A program made the translations under genes and the position numbers. The notes under the pieces were generated by a model. It saw nothing but the letters and a program-made list of their open reading frames with translations, had not been told where the DNA came from and did no database searches. Source: Tubulanus polymorphus (taxonomy: Eukaryota; Animalia; Nemertea). From it: 64,000 nucleotides of DNA. The stretch's first letter is position 1. Each line of letters begins with the position of its first letter. Positions 30,901 to 42,518 of the stretch are shown piece after piece. Where the stretch lies: positions 10,242,962 to 10,306,961 of the forward strand of contig NC_134034.1 in NCBI RefSeq assembly GCF_964204645.1, read 5' to 3'.

Positions 30901-31340
30901 TTTGAAATTTTCTCCTTGAAAACTCCTTGAATTCTGGAATGACTGATCTGTAGGGACCCTGAATTACTAATACAGTCAAATCTGCTCAATCCGGATTTTG
31001 GTCTTATCCGGTCATATGCGGGCCATTTCTTCATTGAAATACGAGACAATGACTTTTGATCCATAATTCTTCAGTTTTCCCATAATACGGATTAATCTTT
31101 TTGGTCCAAAATGATCCGCAATAAGTGGATTCTAACATAGCAAAGAGCGTCGGCCGATTTATACACCGCACTGCGGTGTAAATAGATGCATAGGTTATAG
31201 TTAATCAATATTTTTGTGGCTAAGTTTTAATTCTCTGGAGTTTTTTTTTTTCTCATGCTTCAGAAAATGAAACGGAGATTTCGTATTTCATGTTGGCCGA
31301 TTATTTGAAGTATAAAGACGACCCGCATTTGGTTTGGTGA
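27965..31340 (+). CDS. C2orf76: UPF0538 protein, C2orf76 homologue (DUF2340)
   Basis: Exons 27965-28106 (TITVRLIRSFEHRNIKHV), 29220-29270 (GLPPPIRKFQY), 29936-29973 (DTMKIQHKAHGAK), 30476-30557 (NDPVINTEND), 31264-31340 (ENETEISYF..DYLKYK..W*). All in phase. Confidence 0.9.
28281..28345 (+). mobile_element. tRNA-derived SINE head
   Basis: A-box-like TAGCTCAGTG and B-box GGTTCGAGTCC, with no foldable full cloverleaf. Similar B-box fragments at about 2084 and about 46520 (reverse). Confidence 0.45.
28433..28978. mobile_element. Foldback-like MITE with about 250-bp near-perfect terminal inverted repeats
   Basis: 28433-28682 is the reverse complement of about 28730-28978 with few mismatches. 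Spacer about 47 bp. TA at both ends. Confidence 0.9.
30062..30325. mobile_element. Two adjacent palindromic MITEs (GGGCCCGGTTTTATAGAC.. family and GGGGCC..AAAGTTGGTTA.. family)
   Basis: 30062-30175 is self-complementary and matches 33822-33936. 30191-30325 has inverted arms CAAAAGTTGGTTACAGTTAA / TTAACCGTGACCAACTTTTC. Confidence 0.65.
30625..30961. mobile_element. MITE with CAGGGTCCCTAC TIRs (hAT-like termini)
   Basis: CAGGGTCCCTAC ... GTAGGGACCCTG, with subterminal CTCCTTGAA repeats. No clear TSD. Confidence 0.75.
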
Positions 31341-31850
31341 TGGTGCGGCTGAATGGCTGAAATCGTTTACGTTGTTAAAGTTGAAATGTGCACTGCTGAT
31401 GCGATAACGATTCGCGATCGCGTCTCACGAGGGAGCCACTGTTGTTTACGCATGTACATCATTCCTCCAGCGCCCCACTCCGGTTGGAGCGTGAATGATA
31501 GTACGCGTGTTTCATTTGTATCGGCAAGAAAAGAACTAAAACCAGCTGTCATTAAATGCGGGTAAAATGTTTTATCGAATGAATGCGTTTTGAGGAATTT
31601 TGTCTCCGTAAATTTTTCCGTCGAAAAAAAGAAGTACATTGTATCGACCGAAAGAAGCAGCCCCGGACCCTGCATTCCATCGCCTCAACTGTTCACCCCC
31701 GTCAAACAGTTGATACTTACTAACCACCCCAATTTTTGATCGTTCACATATGTTCAGGACTTCTAAATCAGAGTTGTAAGAAATAAGATATCGTATCGGC
31801 GCACATTCAAAAACTGATCATCGACACTTCATTCTGAAAAGATGAATGTA

Positions 31851-32146
31851 TTAACCCTTTCAGTGCGTCTACACCGCAGTGCGGTGTACGAATCGGTGAT
31901 GGATTTTGCTAGTACACTGCACTGCCGTGTATTGATTTAATTAGTAATTACTAATTATCTCTCTTGAAAGATGGCAGCACCTGTCAAACATAGTAAAATA
32001 TTAGTGAATAACGATATACCGCGCCAGGTATAGACGCACTATAGTGGTATTCCCGTTATTCAACACACTAGGGTGGAATTTTAAAGAATTTTTCAAATTA
32101 TCTCCAGCACTTTAGGGTATTAATAAGTCAGCACTGAAAGGGTTAA
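31851..32146. mobile_element. piggyBac-type MITE
   Basis: TTAA-CCCTTTCAGTGC ... GCACTGAAAGGG-TTAA (TTAA TSD). A degraded reverse copy lies at about 26962-27235. Confidence 0.85.
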
Positions 32147-32375
32147 GTGATGCACGTTCCCGGGGCTGCAGATTTTGATACCAGCATTTATCTGAATTGG
32201 ATTAATAATATTTTCTATTGTGGGCGTATACATATAAACATTGATCAGCTCGAAAAACAACGAATACATTAGACTGGTCAGTAACCAGTGATATAACGAT
32301 TAATCAGTTATAACCAGTCCTGAATGTTTTACTATTTTGATAGTTTCATACTGGATATAACAGTGAACTATCAGA

Positions 32376-32585
32376 TATAACGAACATATTTTCTGGTGCC
32401 CTGAAGTTCGTTGTAACGAGGTTCCGCTGTATATAGAACTATCCGTTATAACGAACAGATTTTCTGGTCTCCTGAAGTTCTTTGTATCGAGTTTCCGCTG
32501 TATATAGAACTATCGGTTATAACGAACAGATTTTCTGGTCTCCTGAAGTTCTTTGTAACGAGGTTCCGCGGTATATAGAACTGTT
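32376..32585. repeat. Three tandem units (about 70 bp) of a pogo/Tigger-like MITE end
   Basis: ATAACGAACAGATTTTCTGGT..CCTGAAGTTC.TTGTAACGAGGTTCCGCTGTATATAGAACTAT repeated. Confidence 0.75.
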
Positions 32586-32784
32586 ATGTAAGGTACTATG
32601 TACGTTATGGTTATCGATTTTATCAATCGTTCTTTCAAGGAAAAATTACTGAAATCCTCGATATATTTTGTACTAAACTGAATGAATACGTTTGCAAGAA
32701 AAATAAATATAAACATGCCAGAAGCTTATTTTTGTTGTTAGTGGTTATTTTGCTTCTGACGTCATTCGGATGTTGGTTTCCTTT

Positions 32785-33102
32785 TGGATTATCTATTTGA
32801 TTGTCGATTGGATTATATATTTGATGGTTGATTGGATTATACATTTGATGGTTGATTGGATTGTCTTTTTGCTTGTCGATTGGATTATCCATTCGATTGT
32901 CGATTCGATTATCTATTTGATTGTCGATTCGATTATCCATTGGATTGTCGATTGGATTGTCTTTTTGATTGTCGATTGGATAATATATTTGATTGTCGAT
33001 TGGATTGTTTATTTGATTGTCGATAGGATTATTTATTTGATTGTCGATTGATTGTTTATTTGATTGTCGATTGATTGTCGATTGGATTGTCGATAGGATT
33101 GT
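32785..33102. repeat. Low-complexity 12/24-bp repeat (TTGATTGTCGATTGGATTATCTAT)
   Basis: Tandem degenerate units. Explains the spurious IVDW and DNRI repeat ORFs. Confidence 0.85.
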
Positions 33103-35389
33103 TACCGTACCTACGTTCGCTCCCCCGTAGCGCCGTGATTATTGACAAGTTGGTTTAGTCGGCTGCTTGTTTAGTATAGAACGCGCGTTTGATGTCGTTA
33201 AATGGGGTGAACAGGCCACGTTTAGATGAGCAGCCATTGAAATGAGGACGAGAGAGAGAGAAAGCGAGCGAGCGAGAAGAATTCTCGCATCGTGCGCGTT
33301 TAAGCTGCCTCGGGCGCAACAGTAAACCGGCGACTTTTTAAATGTTGGTGCCAGCCCAATCGAGCGCGCGATTTACCGTCCGTCGTAGGACTTCCCTCAC
33401 TTACCAGAGCGACTATAGCTCTTCCTTGAATGAGTTGAGTTTGCGGTTCAATGTCAATAAATGAAAGCATCTTTTTTCTTATCCTTATATACAAATTATT
33501 TCTTATAGATACCAATCTAATTTACATTCATTGTAACAGTTGACTTAATATTATGCAAATATATGTCATCTGTGGGATTGACCAATAGCAATAGTTGAAG
33601 GGCAAAGTCAAAGTCACGAAGACAAACAATTATTTATACATTCATATTCACGACGTACTGTAATCGGATTTTAGTGCGAGATAAACCGACATCATGGATG
33701 CTGAGGATCCGCCGAGATTTTCAAGTCTAACTTCCATGTATTCTTAGGTACATATAGTCAAGACACTAAGTGGCCAAAATTGGAATTTCGCTCGCCTGGA
33801 TCATCTCAAAGCCCAAAGATTCTGGGCCCGGTTTTATAGACTGGTATTACCTTTTACTCGAAGGCTAACCCGTATTGAAAATGAATTGAGTTAACGCCCG
33901 GGTTAAAGTTAAAACCAGTCTATAAAACTGGATCCTGAAATTTATTTTGGTAAATTTTTAACCCCTGATACAGTAGCTATTTTAAACATGTACCCATTGT
34001 TGCTCCGTCGAAGGGATCAGCTCTATAATCTAAAGCATGCGCTGGATCCACGCCTGCTTCCGTCGATCGAGGGTTTCATTTCGGGTGCCGCGTATCAGTA
34101 ACAACGGCGTGGCCACTCCTGGAGTTCAGGGAAATTTGATTTGCACCTAAAAATTCATGGAATAGTCAAAAGGTCAAAATCATGACGTTTTTATGCACGT
34201 CAAAAATGCATGCCTTTTTCGTTGCTGTCTTAAAATTCGAAATGAAATATATCGTAGTCGAGACAACTTTTGGTCATGAAATTTTGGTAAATGTTCAGGA
34301 AAAAACTAAATCAGATATAAGTGGCCACCCTGAACAAGTGTTCTGGTTTTGACCAGTTTTCACTCGAGTTTCACGATTGGTTTTCTTTCAATCCGCATTA
34401 AGTTGCGCCGTAGTTTTTCGCTGACAGCATGGGCGATACGAGTCTGACTTATCGAGTGTGTTTAAGTCAAAACTTTCTTTAAAAAAAAGGATATAAAATC
34501 TTTCCGTGCACATATGTATATAGCACTTTGCCGTGGGCGAAAGAGAAGACAGCGCGAAACTGTGCGGGTCTTAGCTAGGCATAAACACGAGACTATATCG
34601 CTCTACGGGCTTCTCTCCGCGACGAGGAGTCAACCCTGCACGCGCTGGTGAAACCAGATAACTGCGTGCGCGCATTTTCTCTCTCTCTCCCTCCCTCTCT
34701 CTCTTCTCGAGATTGACGACGTGTATTTCTTGCGAATCCATATATACCGACAGTTCGTCGTATACACGCGGGAGTTCTGAAACAAACACGAAATGAAATG
34801 TCAGAATGTTCGTTTGTAAGGCTGCATTCGCCCTACTATACGTCAATGGGTGGAGCCGACTCGCTAAGCGTCGCGAGGTCAACCAGGCGCGTGTCAACAT
34901 ATCATCGAAATAAACATTTAGAGCTAATTCCACGTGTGTTTTTCATTTTCACTCTGAATCCACTTCCACAGTTGTCAGGAGTGGATTTAGAGGGCCCAAA
35001 CCCCCCCATCCCCCCCCCCAAAAAAACCAGAAAACTTGAAGGTCCATACAAAAATGTCTACCCCAAGAAATCTTAAGTGACCTTTTTTCAATTAAGGTGA
35101 ATATGAGACAAACAAACAAACAGTATTTTCTCATGCTGATGATACAATTGTATTGTGACTGATTGTGGTTGATTAATTTCATGGATTTCATTTTCAACTT
35201 CGTGGAAATCCCATCAAATTCTTCTCAACATTTCAAAACATTTCTATTGTCGAGTACCCGCTCACGGTCGTTGGGCATTAAGGCTGTGCCGTTTTTACAA
35301 TAACATTTAATATGGTCCCTTTTTACTTTCCTGGACCCCACCACTATACAAAAGATCTAGATCCACACCTGGTTGCTTGTGGCTCTGAT

Positions 35390-36470
35390 CCCAGTTCCAC
35401 AGTTGTGTGGGTTTAATTTGACTCTGGATCCAGTTCCACAGTTGTGTGGGTTTTATTTGACTCTGGATCCAGTTCCACAGTTGTGTGGGTTTAATTTCAC
35501 TCTGGATCCAGTTCCACAGTTGTGTGGGTTTTATTTGACTCTGGATCCAGTTCCACAGTTGTGTGGGTTTGATTTGACTCTGGATCCAGTTCCACAGTTG
35601 TGTGGGTTTTATTTGACTCTGGATCCAGTTCCACAGTTGTGTGGGTTTTATTTGACTCCGGATCCAGTTCCACAGTTGTGTGGGTTTAATTTGACTCTGG
35701 ATCCAGTTCCACAGTTTTGTGGGTTTTATTTGACTCTGGATCCAGTTCCACAGTTGTGTGGGTTTAATTTGACTCTGGATCCAGTTCCACAGTTGCGTGG
35801 TTTTAACTATAGACTCTGAACCCAGTTCCACAGTTGAGTTGGTTTAATTTGACTATGGATCCAGTTCCACAGTTGCGTGGTTTAACTATAGACTCTGAAT
35901 CCAGTTCCACAGTTGTGTGGGTTTAATTTGACTTTGAATCCAGTTCCACAGTTGCGTGGTTTAACTATAGACTCTGAATCCAGTTCCACAGTTGTGTGGG
36001 TTTAATTTGTCCCTGGATCCAATTCCACTATTGTGTGTGTTCAAATGTTTGACTCTGGATCCAGTTCCACAGTTGCGTGGTTTAACTATAGACTCTGAAT
36101 CCAGTTCCACAGTTGTGTGGGTTTAATTTGACTTTGGATCCAGTTCCACAGTTGCGTGGTTTAACTATAGACTCTGAATCCAGTTCCACAGTTGTGTGGG
36201 TTTAATTTGTCCTTGGATTCAATTCCACTATTGTGTGTGTTCAAATTTTTGGCTCTGGAGGACCCAGTTCCACAGTTCTGTGGGTTTAATTTGTCCTTGG
36301 ATCCAATTCCGCTTTTGTGTGTGTTCAAATGTTTGGCTCTGGATCCAGTTCTACAGGTGTGTGGGTTTGATTTGTCCTTGGATCCAGTTCCACAGTTGTG
36401 TGGGTTTAATTTGTCCTTGGATCCAATTCCACTATGTTGTGTGTTCAAACGTTTGGCTCTGGAGGACCCT
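35390..36470. repeat. 39-bp minisatellite x about 27, upstream of the homeobox gene
   Basis: Homogeneous units 35390-35790, with mixed variant units further right. Confidence 0.93.
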
Positions 36471-36649
36471 TTCCTCGTCACTGTCGAGATTTCTTAAATG
36501 CCATGTTCAATTATACAATGGATCGTAAGAGAAGTCGACGACGAATTATGACGTATGTACAACAACTTCTGATGCCTCCTCCTCGAAGATGGTCGATCGG
36601 GAGGCACCGAAGCCCTTCGACTGCCACTGCCTGCTGTCGTCTTCTAATC

Positions 36650-36975
36650 GCCGTGTAAATTAGATTAAACCGTGTCTTTCGTGATACGCGGCGATCAAGG
36701 ATTGGCGTAATCAAAACAAACCCATAGAAATACTCTTTCTCTCTCCCCTCTCTCTCCGCACACTCTCTCTCCCCTCTCTCTCTCTCTCATTCTCTTTAGG
36801 TAGTAGTAGCAATTCCTTAGTTTTGTCGTGAATTTCGTTCTACCCTCACAAGCAGACGGTTATTGAGGCGCAATTCTCGCGCTTTCTCGCTCTCTCTCGC
36901 GCGAGTGGTGGTTCGACTAAGTCAATTAGTTAGCTAAATGAATATCAAGTGATATTGACACAGTTATTGGACGTA
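36650..36975 (+). promoter_or_regulatory. Probable homeobox-gene promoter region with (CT)n/GAGA tract and homeodomain sites
   Basis: CT-rich tract 36733-36796, TAATCTAATTT on the minus strand at 36657-36667, more GA/CT tracts at about 33250 and 34680. Confidence 0.4.
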
Positions 36976-37161
36976 AGTCTCGTAAGATCGTGTCGTTGTC
37001 TTTATTCAATTTAGAATCGATCGCGCTTTTCGCTTTTTCTTCGTCGCGTCCTAAAAAAAGATTCTTTCGAATTCACAATCTTCGAATAAAATAGTAGCCT
37101 AATTGCGATCGGCATTTTTAGTTTGGTGGTATTTTCCGCGTGTTTTCCCGGCTAGTAGAGT

Positions 37162-40100
37162 ATGGATAAGTTGTCGATGGGTACGCTTCTAAACTTGACC
37201 AAAAAGCCGACTAGCCAGACATCGCCTCGCCTCGCCGAACGCGCTATGCTAACCACCGCGCAAGGGTCGCCCGTAGGACTAACGGGATCGTCATCCGCCT
37301 GCGGCGGCTACCCGACATACCGAGCGACGGCATTTCCTCCGCAGTCGACCGCCGCCGGGTCGGGTTATTCGATCAACGGTCTTCTGGGGCCGAATTTCAG
37401 CGCCACGACCGCGGAATTTTACGAACACTATCACCACCATCTCGCCTGTTCGACGGTGTCTCCCGCGACTGTTCAAAAATACAGCCCTGCCGCCGGTAAG
37501 TGAATTGATATCGTAAATCGTATGTTTTTACGTCGAATGACGCGTGACTGCTGTTAAATGCGTGTATCGCATTGCCTGGGTTAATTCGGTTTGGGTAATC
37601 AATTTATATGAAGCAGTACTAGGCGCTATAATCTGCCGCGAGTTTACTGCGGTTATCGAGTAACGATACCTCGACGACAGTGTTGTTGTAAAAACTGTTT
37701 GTAACCGCCAGAATAAAATTTATAGTATATAAAAGGTTTTTCGTAGATGCAAGCTAAAACTGTCAACAACCGCATTGAAATTAGTAACAAAATTAGTACT
37801 TTTTGAAGTATAATGATAATGAAATTCAATTCAAAGTAATCGATTATCTTAGAATCAAGTTATAGAACCGTTTGTTTTGTAGTTACCTGGCACTTCAGTG
37901 TTGTGTAACTGCTTCTTGTTATAGTTAGGACAGTTTGCCCGTTTTTCGTAAATGTATCTAAAGTTTTTCGTAAATGTATCTAAACAGTAATTGCTGCTGG
38001 ATTATAAATTTTCTTATTCAGTCCGTAACTTGGATTAGAAATAAACATATATATACAAACATATATATCAACAAGTTGTTGTTGAAGTTGTTGATAATGA
38101 TAATGATATATATTTCATCATCAAATTGAAAAGGAATACATGGAGCACGGAGTGAATTGGTGATACAGGAGCACGAAACAGAGCCATAAACTGTGTACAA
38201 TCACTAGGACGCCCAGTTCCCTTGAAAAATGATAAATGATAGCGAATTTTCATATTTGTTTGTTTCGTAACTAAGGCTAAACAAAAATGATACCTTGTTT
38301 CTCCGCAGCGGCCGGGTCATTTTTGTAAAATATGATAAAATTTATAAACAGTTCATTTGTATAGCGGCCGGGTCTGTTATGGTAAAATTGATCACGATTT
38401 TAAAAAAAGTAATGTATAGGGTAGATAGGCGGCCGACCGGATCAACATTTAAGCTCAGCGGAGCGGAGAAACAAGGTATCAATTTTTTTTGGCCTAAAAT
38501 TCACTGAAATATTTTCTTTGTTTGTCCACTAGAATTTTGAATTAAAATCAAGTTTCGTTTTCTAAATTGTTACGCATATAAGTATGACAAGCTGTATATA
38601 ACCCTGGCCAACTGCTATATTAGTCTACTGGTTGATCTTAAAAGTAGGGATTGACCCTGTATTTGTTTGGTAAAATTCGCTTGATTTTTTGATTGAGTGT
38701 CCCTTACAAAGTCACCACACCTGCCGGGTGCAAAACATTTTGAAATCGGAAATCGAAGTGCAGAAATTTGAGTGATCGGCGGTCGAGTTAACAGAATTAA
38801 ATAATTGGAAATTCGGTGATGATCTTGAAATAAGGAATTGTTCCCTCTCACTCGTTTGATTGACGCGGATTTGGTTTGTCGCAACTCATCAGTCACGCAC
38901 CTGCCGAAACGAAACAGGGGGTTTGATATTGAAATCGAAAATCGGCGGTACGGTTAAAGTTTTCTTTCCACGTATACGAGAGCCGGGTTCGATACTCGGT
39001 TAGTGCGTGTGATAAATTTCACTGTCGCTTCGTAATCGTTACATCTACACTTATCAAAAAAACTTATCAAACTTAACCTATTTATGCATTGGCGGATAGA
39101 TTAAGATATCGGCAAAGTGAGTGCACAAAAAGCGACTAAACCAAAAATTCAAATTTAACTCTTTCGTCAACTCATACCGTATTCTAGAGCAACTCGCCTA
39201 CGTTTCACAAAACATTTTAAGCTTAAAATGGTTTTGTTTGCCTGTTTACCCGTTTGCCAAACCGGGTGCTGATAAATAAGTTAAACGTCTATAAAAAAGA
39301 ACGTTGCACATTTTAAATGTAATCGACGAGCGAAATTTGTGTTTGAAACAAAAATGTTTTAAGCTGTCTTTTACGGTTTAAATCTTATCTATAATCTTAA
39401 CCAGATATTATGATATTTCGAATTGCGAAAAACCGTATTATATCGAAAGTGCAACGAGTGCTCGTCACGGGTCGTTAGAAATTGTTTAACTTATATTTTT
39501 TTCATTTACTCTCAAAACTTTCTCTCGCTTCAGTCGCCTACGGTACCGGTATGAGTCGACCCGAAAACCAAACACTCGTCAGTAAACAAAATCCAGTGAC
39601 GTCACCGACAACATTGGCAGCAGCCGAAACGAACCGAACGAGTAACCATGGCAACTCTTATCACAGTCCGTCGTGTAAGTTCGACTTGGCGAAAATAGTT
39701 TTTTTTCCTGTTGAAAACTGTTAATTTTGAATGTCTTCATCGTAGTAACCGTTGAAGATCGAAACAAAATAATTAAAATCTTTTTTTCGGGTCGGACTTT
39801 TTTGGTCGGGCCCAAAACTAACGTGTAATCAAAGTAAACAGCCAGTGCGCGGTTCCATTTGGCACCAGTGTAAACTGTTGGCCCCGGTCAAAAGTGTTCG
39901 TCATATCCAGCTATCGAAATTGTCTCGTTTTGGGACTAATTGAGATAATGGGATGCTGGCACCCACCAGATGGCGCAACAATGCACTCAGTCTGTTGAAA
40001 GTGAAAATTAGTAAATTTTCAATGAACTCAGAACTGGACTTTTAGGCTCCCAAATATTGTCAAACAAGTCATCAAATAGATATAAGATTGAGTCGTTCCC

Positions 40101-41613
40101 AATGATTTAATGATATACACAATGTAAGTTTTACTGAAACATGATTTGCCGATGAGAAAGTTGATTCGAATTTAAAATTGAGATCATGGACGTTTAAACT
40201 AGTTTATACGTCCATGTTGAGATATAGAAGAAATTGAAGCGCGGTTTACCGCAGTAACCACTAGCGAACCTGGCGGATCCTCGCCTGCCATAAAGTGAAA
40301 TCCTCGATTGCCACAGCAGCGGTGCCGGTACCCAATTGTCCTAATTTATAGGTGCCACTGTATATGCGTTTCATATACAGATATCTTTTGTTTTTATAAT
40401 TCTGAACAGACCATCATCAACTGAGACGCAAACAACGGCGCTACAGAACAACGTTTACTAGTTACCAGCTGGAGGAGTTGGAGAAATCGTTCCAGAAAAC
40501 TCACTATCCGGATGTGTTTTGTCGCGAGGACCTGGCGCTACGTATCGACCTTACCGAGGCTCGCGTGCAGGTCTGGTTTCAGAACCGCCGCGCCAAGTGG
40601 CGCAAGTTACAGAAACAGTCGCCCGCGGCTGCAGGCGTCGTTCCGATCGCGGTGAAGAACGAGAGCGACGGTGGAAGCGCTCACTCGAGCACCACTACCG
40701 TGTCTGACGGTGAGTTCTGTTAACTGAAATTCTTAGAAAGGCCGACTGCTTCTATCAAATTTACAGATTACAAAATCTCTACCGGCCGCTCTTATCAGGT
40801 TAACAGATTACAAACTCTCTACCGGCCGCTTCTATCAAATATACAGATTACAAAATCTCTACCGGCCGCTCTTATCAGGTTAACAGATTACAAACTCTCT
40901 ACCGGCCGCTTCTATCAGGTTTACAGATTACAAACTCTCTACCGGCCGCTTCTATCAGGTTTACAGATTACAAACTCTCTACCGGCCGCTTCTATCAGGT
41001 TTACAGATTACAAACTCTCTACCGGCCGCTTCTATCAGGTTTACAGATTACAAACTCTCTACCGGCCGCTTCTATCGGGTTTACAGATTACAAACTCTCT
41101 ATCGGCCGCTTCTATCAGGTTTGCAGATTACAAACTCTCTATCGGCCGCTTCTATCAGGTTTACAGATTACGCTATTCCGGAATAGGTAGAGTGCATTCT
41201 GGTCGAATCTTACGCATCTCAGTAGGTAGTAACACGGAGTAATCATTCGACACAGACAGACAGAAGATAGTTTAGTATCTATGAAACCCAGCCTAGCAAT
41301 TAATTCCGGGCATTTTTTTCTGGATGTAATTTCAGGTCAGTCTCAGCAACCGCAGACTTCATCGTGTCCATCGTCCTGCGTACCGGAACCGCCAGAAACA
41401 GTAACATCCGGTTTACCGAGCGTGGCGACCATTTCGTCGATGGCTTCATTACCAAGTATGTATCTACATAACATGAGCGTGGAGTGGAGTCCGTCCCTCG
41501 CCGCACCACCTCCGCATGCTGCAGTACACAGCCAGGCATCGTCGCCGTTTCATCATTTGTCCCTCGATAAATGTGCGGCAGACAAGAAATTCTCCTTCCA
41601 TTCCGATGACTAG
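37162..41613 (+). CDS. PRD-class Q50 homeobox protein, Arx/aristaless/Pph13 group
   Basis: Exons 37162-37495 (eh1/octapeptide YSINGLLG), 39534-39674, 40410-40709 (homeodomain [58 protein letters not shown], 40433-40612), 41336-41613. All phase-1 introns. Confidence 0.9.
38290..38480. mobile_element. MITE, second copy of GATACCTTGTTTCTCCGC-TIR family
   Basis: 18-bp TIRs GATACCTTGTTTCTCCGC / GCGGAGAAACAAGGTATC. Confidence 0.75.
40740..41171. repeat. 40-bp minisatellite x about 11 (ACCGGCCGCTTCTATCAGGTTTACAGATTACAAACTCTCT)
   Basis: Tandem units in the last intron of the homeobox gene. Confidence 0.92.
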
Positions 41614-42518
41614 GGCGTTTTTGAAGTTTTAGGGGCAGCCCGCAAGGGCTATACGTATTTTGGATGATGTCGTTAGGGATTTATAGAGGCGACCGTATTT
41701 TCTTGTACTAGGCATAAATAAACTGAGATGTATTTTCGATTTGATACAGATGCTCAGAAAATGAACAGTTTTTTTTCAAATTTTTCTTGGTCCCGAAACC
41801 CCTTAAGGACTTCTGTTTCTACAGAGCTCGTGTTCATGCACCAATTACGTGTAGCTCTTGGATTTTTGGTATTTCATAGGTTAACTAGTTTATATTTGAC
41901 TCCCTACTCATGCATAGCTTCATCTCTCACGCGCCTGGATGAAGCTACGATACATTAGCAGCGAACGCTCGTACTTCAATGAACTATATTATTAACTAAT
42001 AAATTACTATCCGATCTGGTTGTGCTGCTATTTTCATGTAAGCAATGGATAATAAAAGAAAATAAAAATAAGACAAAAATCTCGTTTGTACATGCAGTAA
42101 AGTTGTATTCATTTCTGAGGTAGGTCTATTATATACCTGGTACAGAGATCTCTGACAATTTTGAGAAAAACCATTTTCATAAATGTAAAACAATAAATTT
42201 ATGTAAATCTTGTAAAAACTTGAATAGAGTAAAATGTCTTATTCGTCTCTTCAATCTTTGATCTCACTTATGGTCGCTCTGCGCGGTGACGAACGATTGT
42301 ATGGTGGCTGATTCGGGCCATTCGGACCACTTCACAGCACACGACCGAATTGAGGGTTCCCGGGGACGTGCATCTCAGTGATGGTCGCTCTGCGCGATGA
42401 GGAACGCTCTACTATCGCTATATTCATCCGATCGAATTGAGGGTTCCCGGGGACGTGGATCTCAGTGATGGCCGATCGCAGTGAGGAACACTCATCGCAA
42501 TCTCCGGGGTTGGAAATT

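Noticed and set aside
32635-33051. IVDW/DNRI repeat ORFs
   Set aside because: Simple-sequence repeat translation.
35307-36528. Repetitive ORFs ([13 protein letters not shown] / LDPVPQLCGFNLT), also at 23981-24410 and 13360-13757
   Set aside because: The 39-bp unit is a multiple of 3 and is open by chance. The arrays are intronic or intergenic and scattered.
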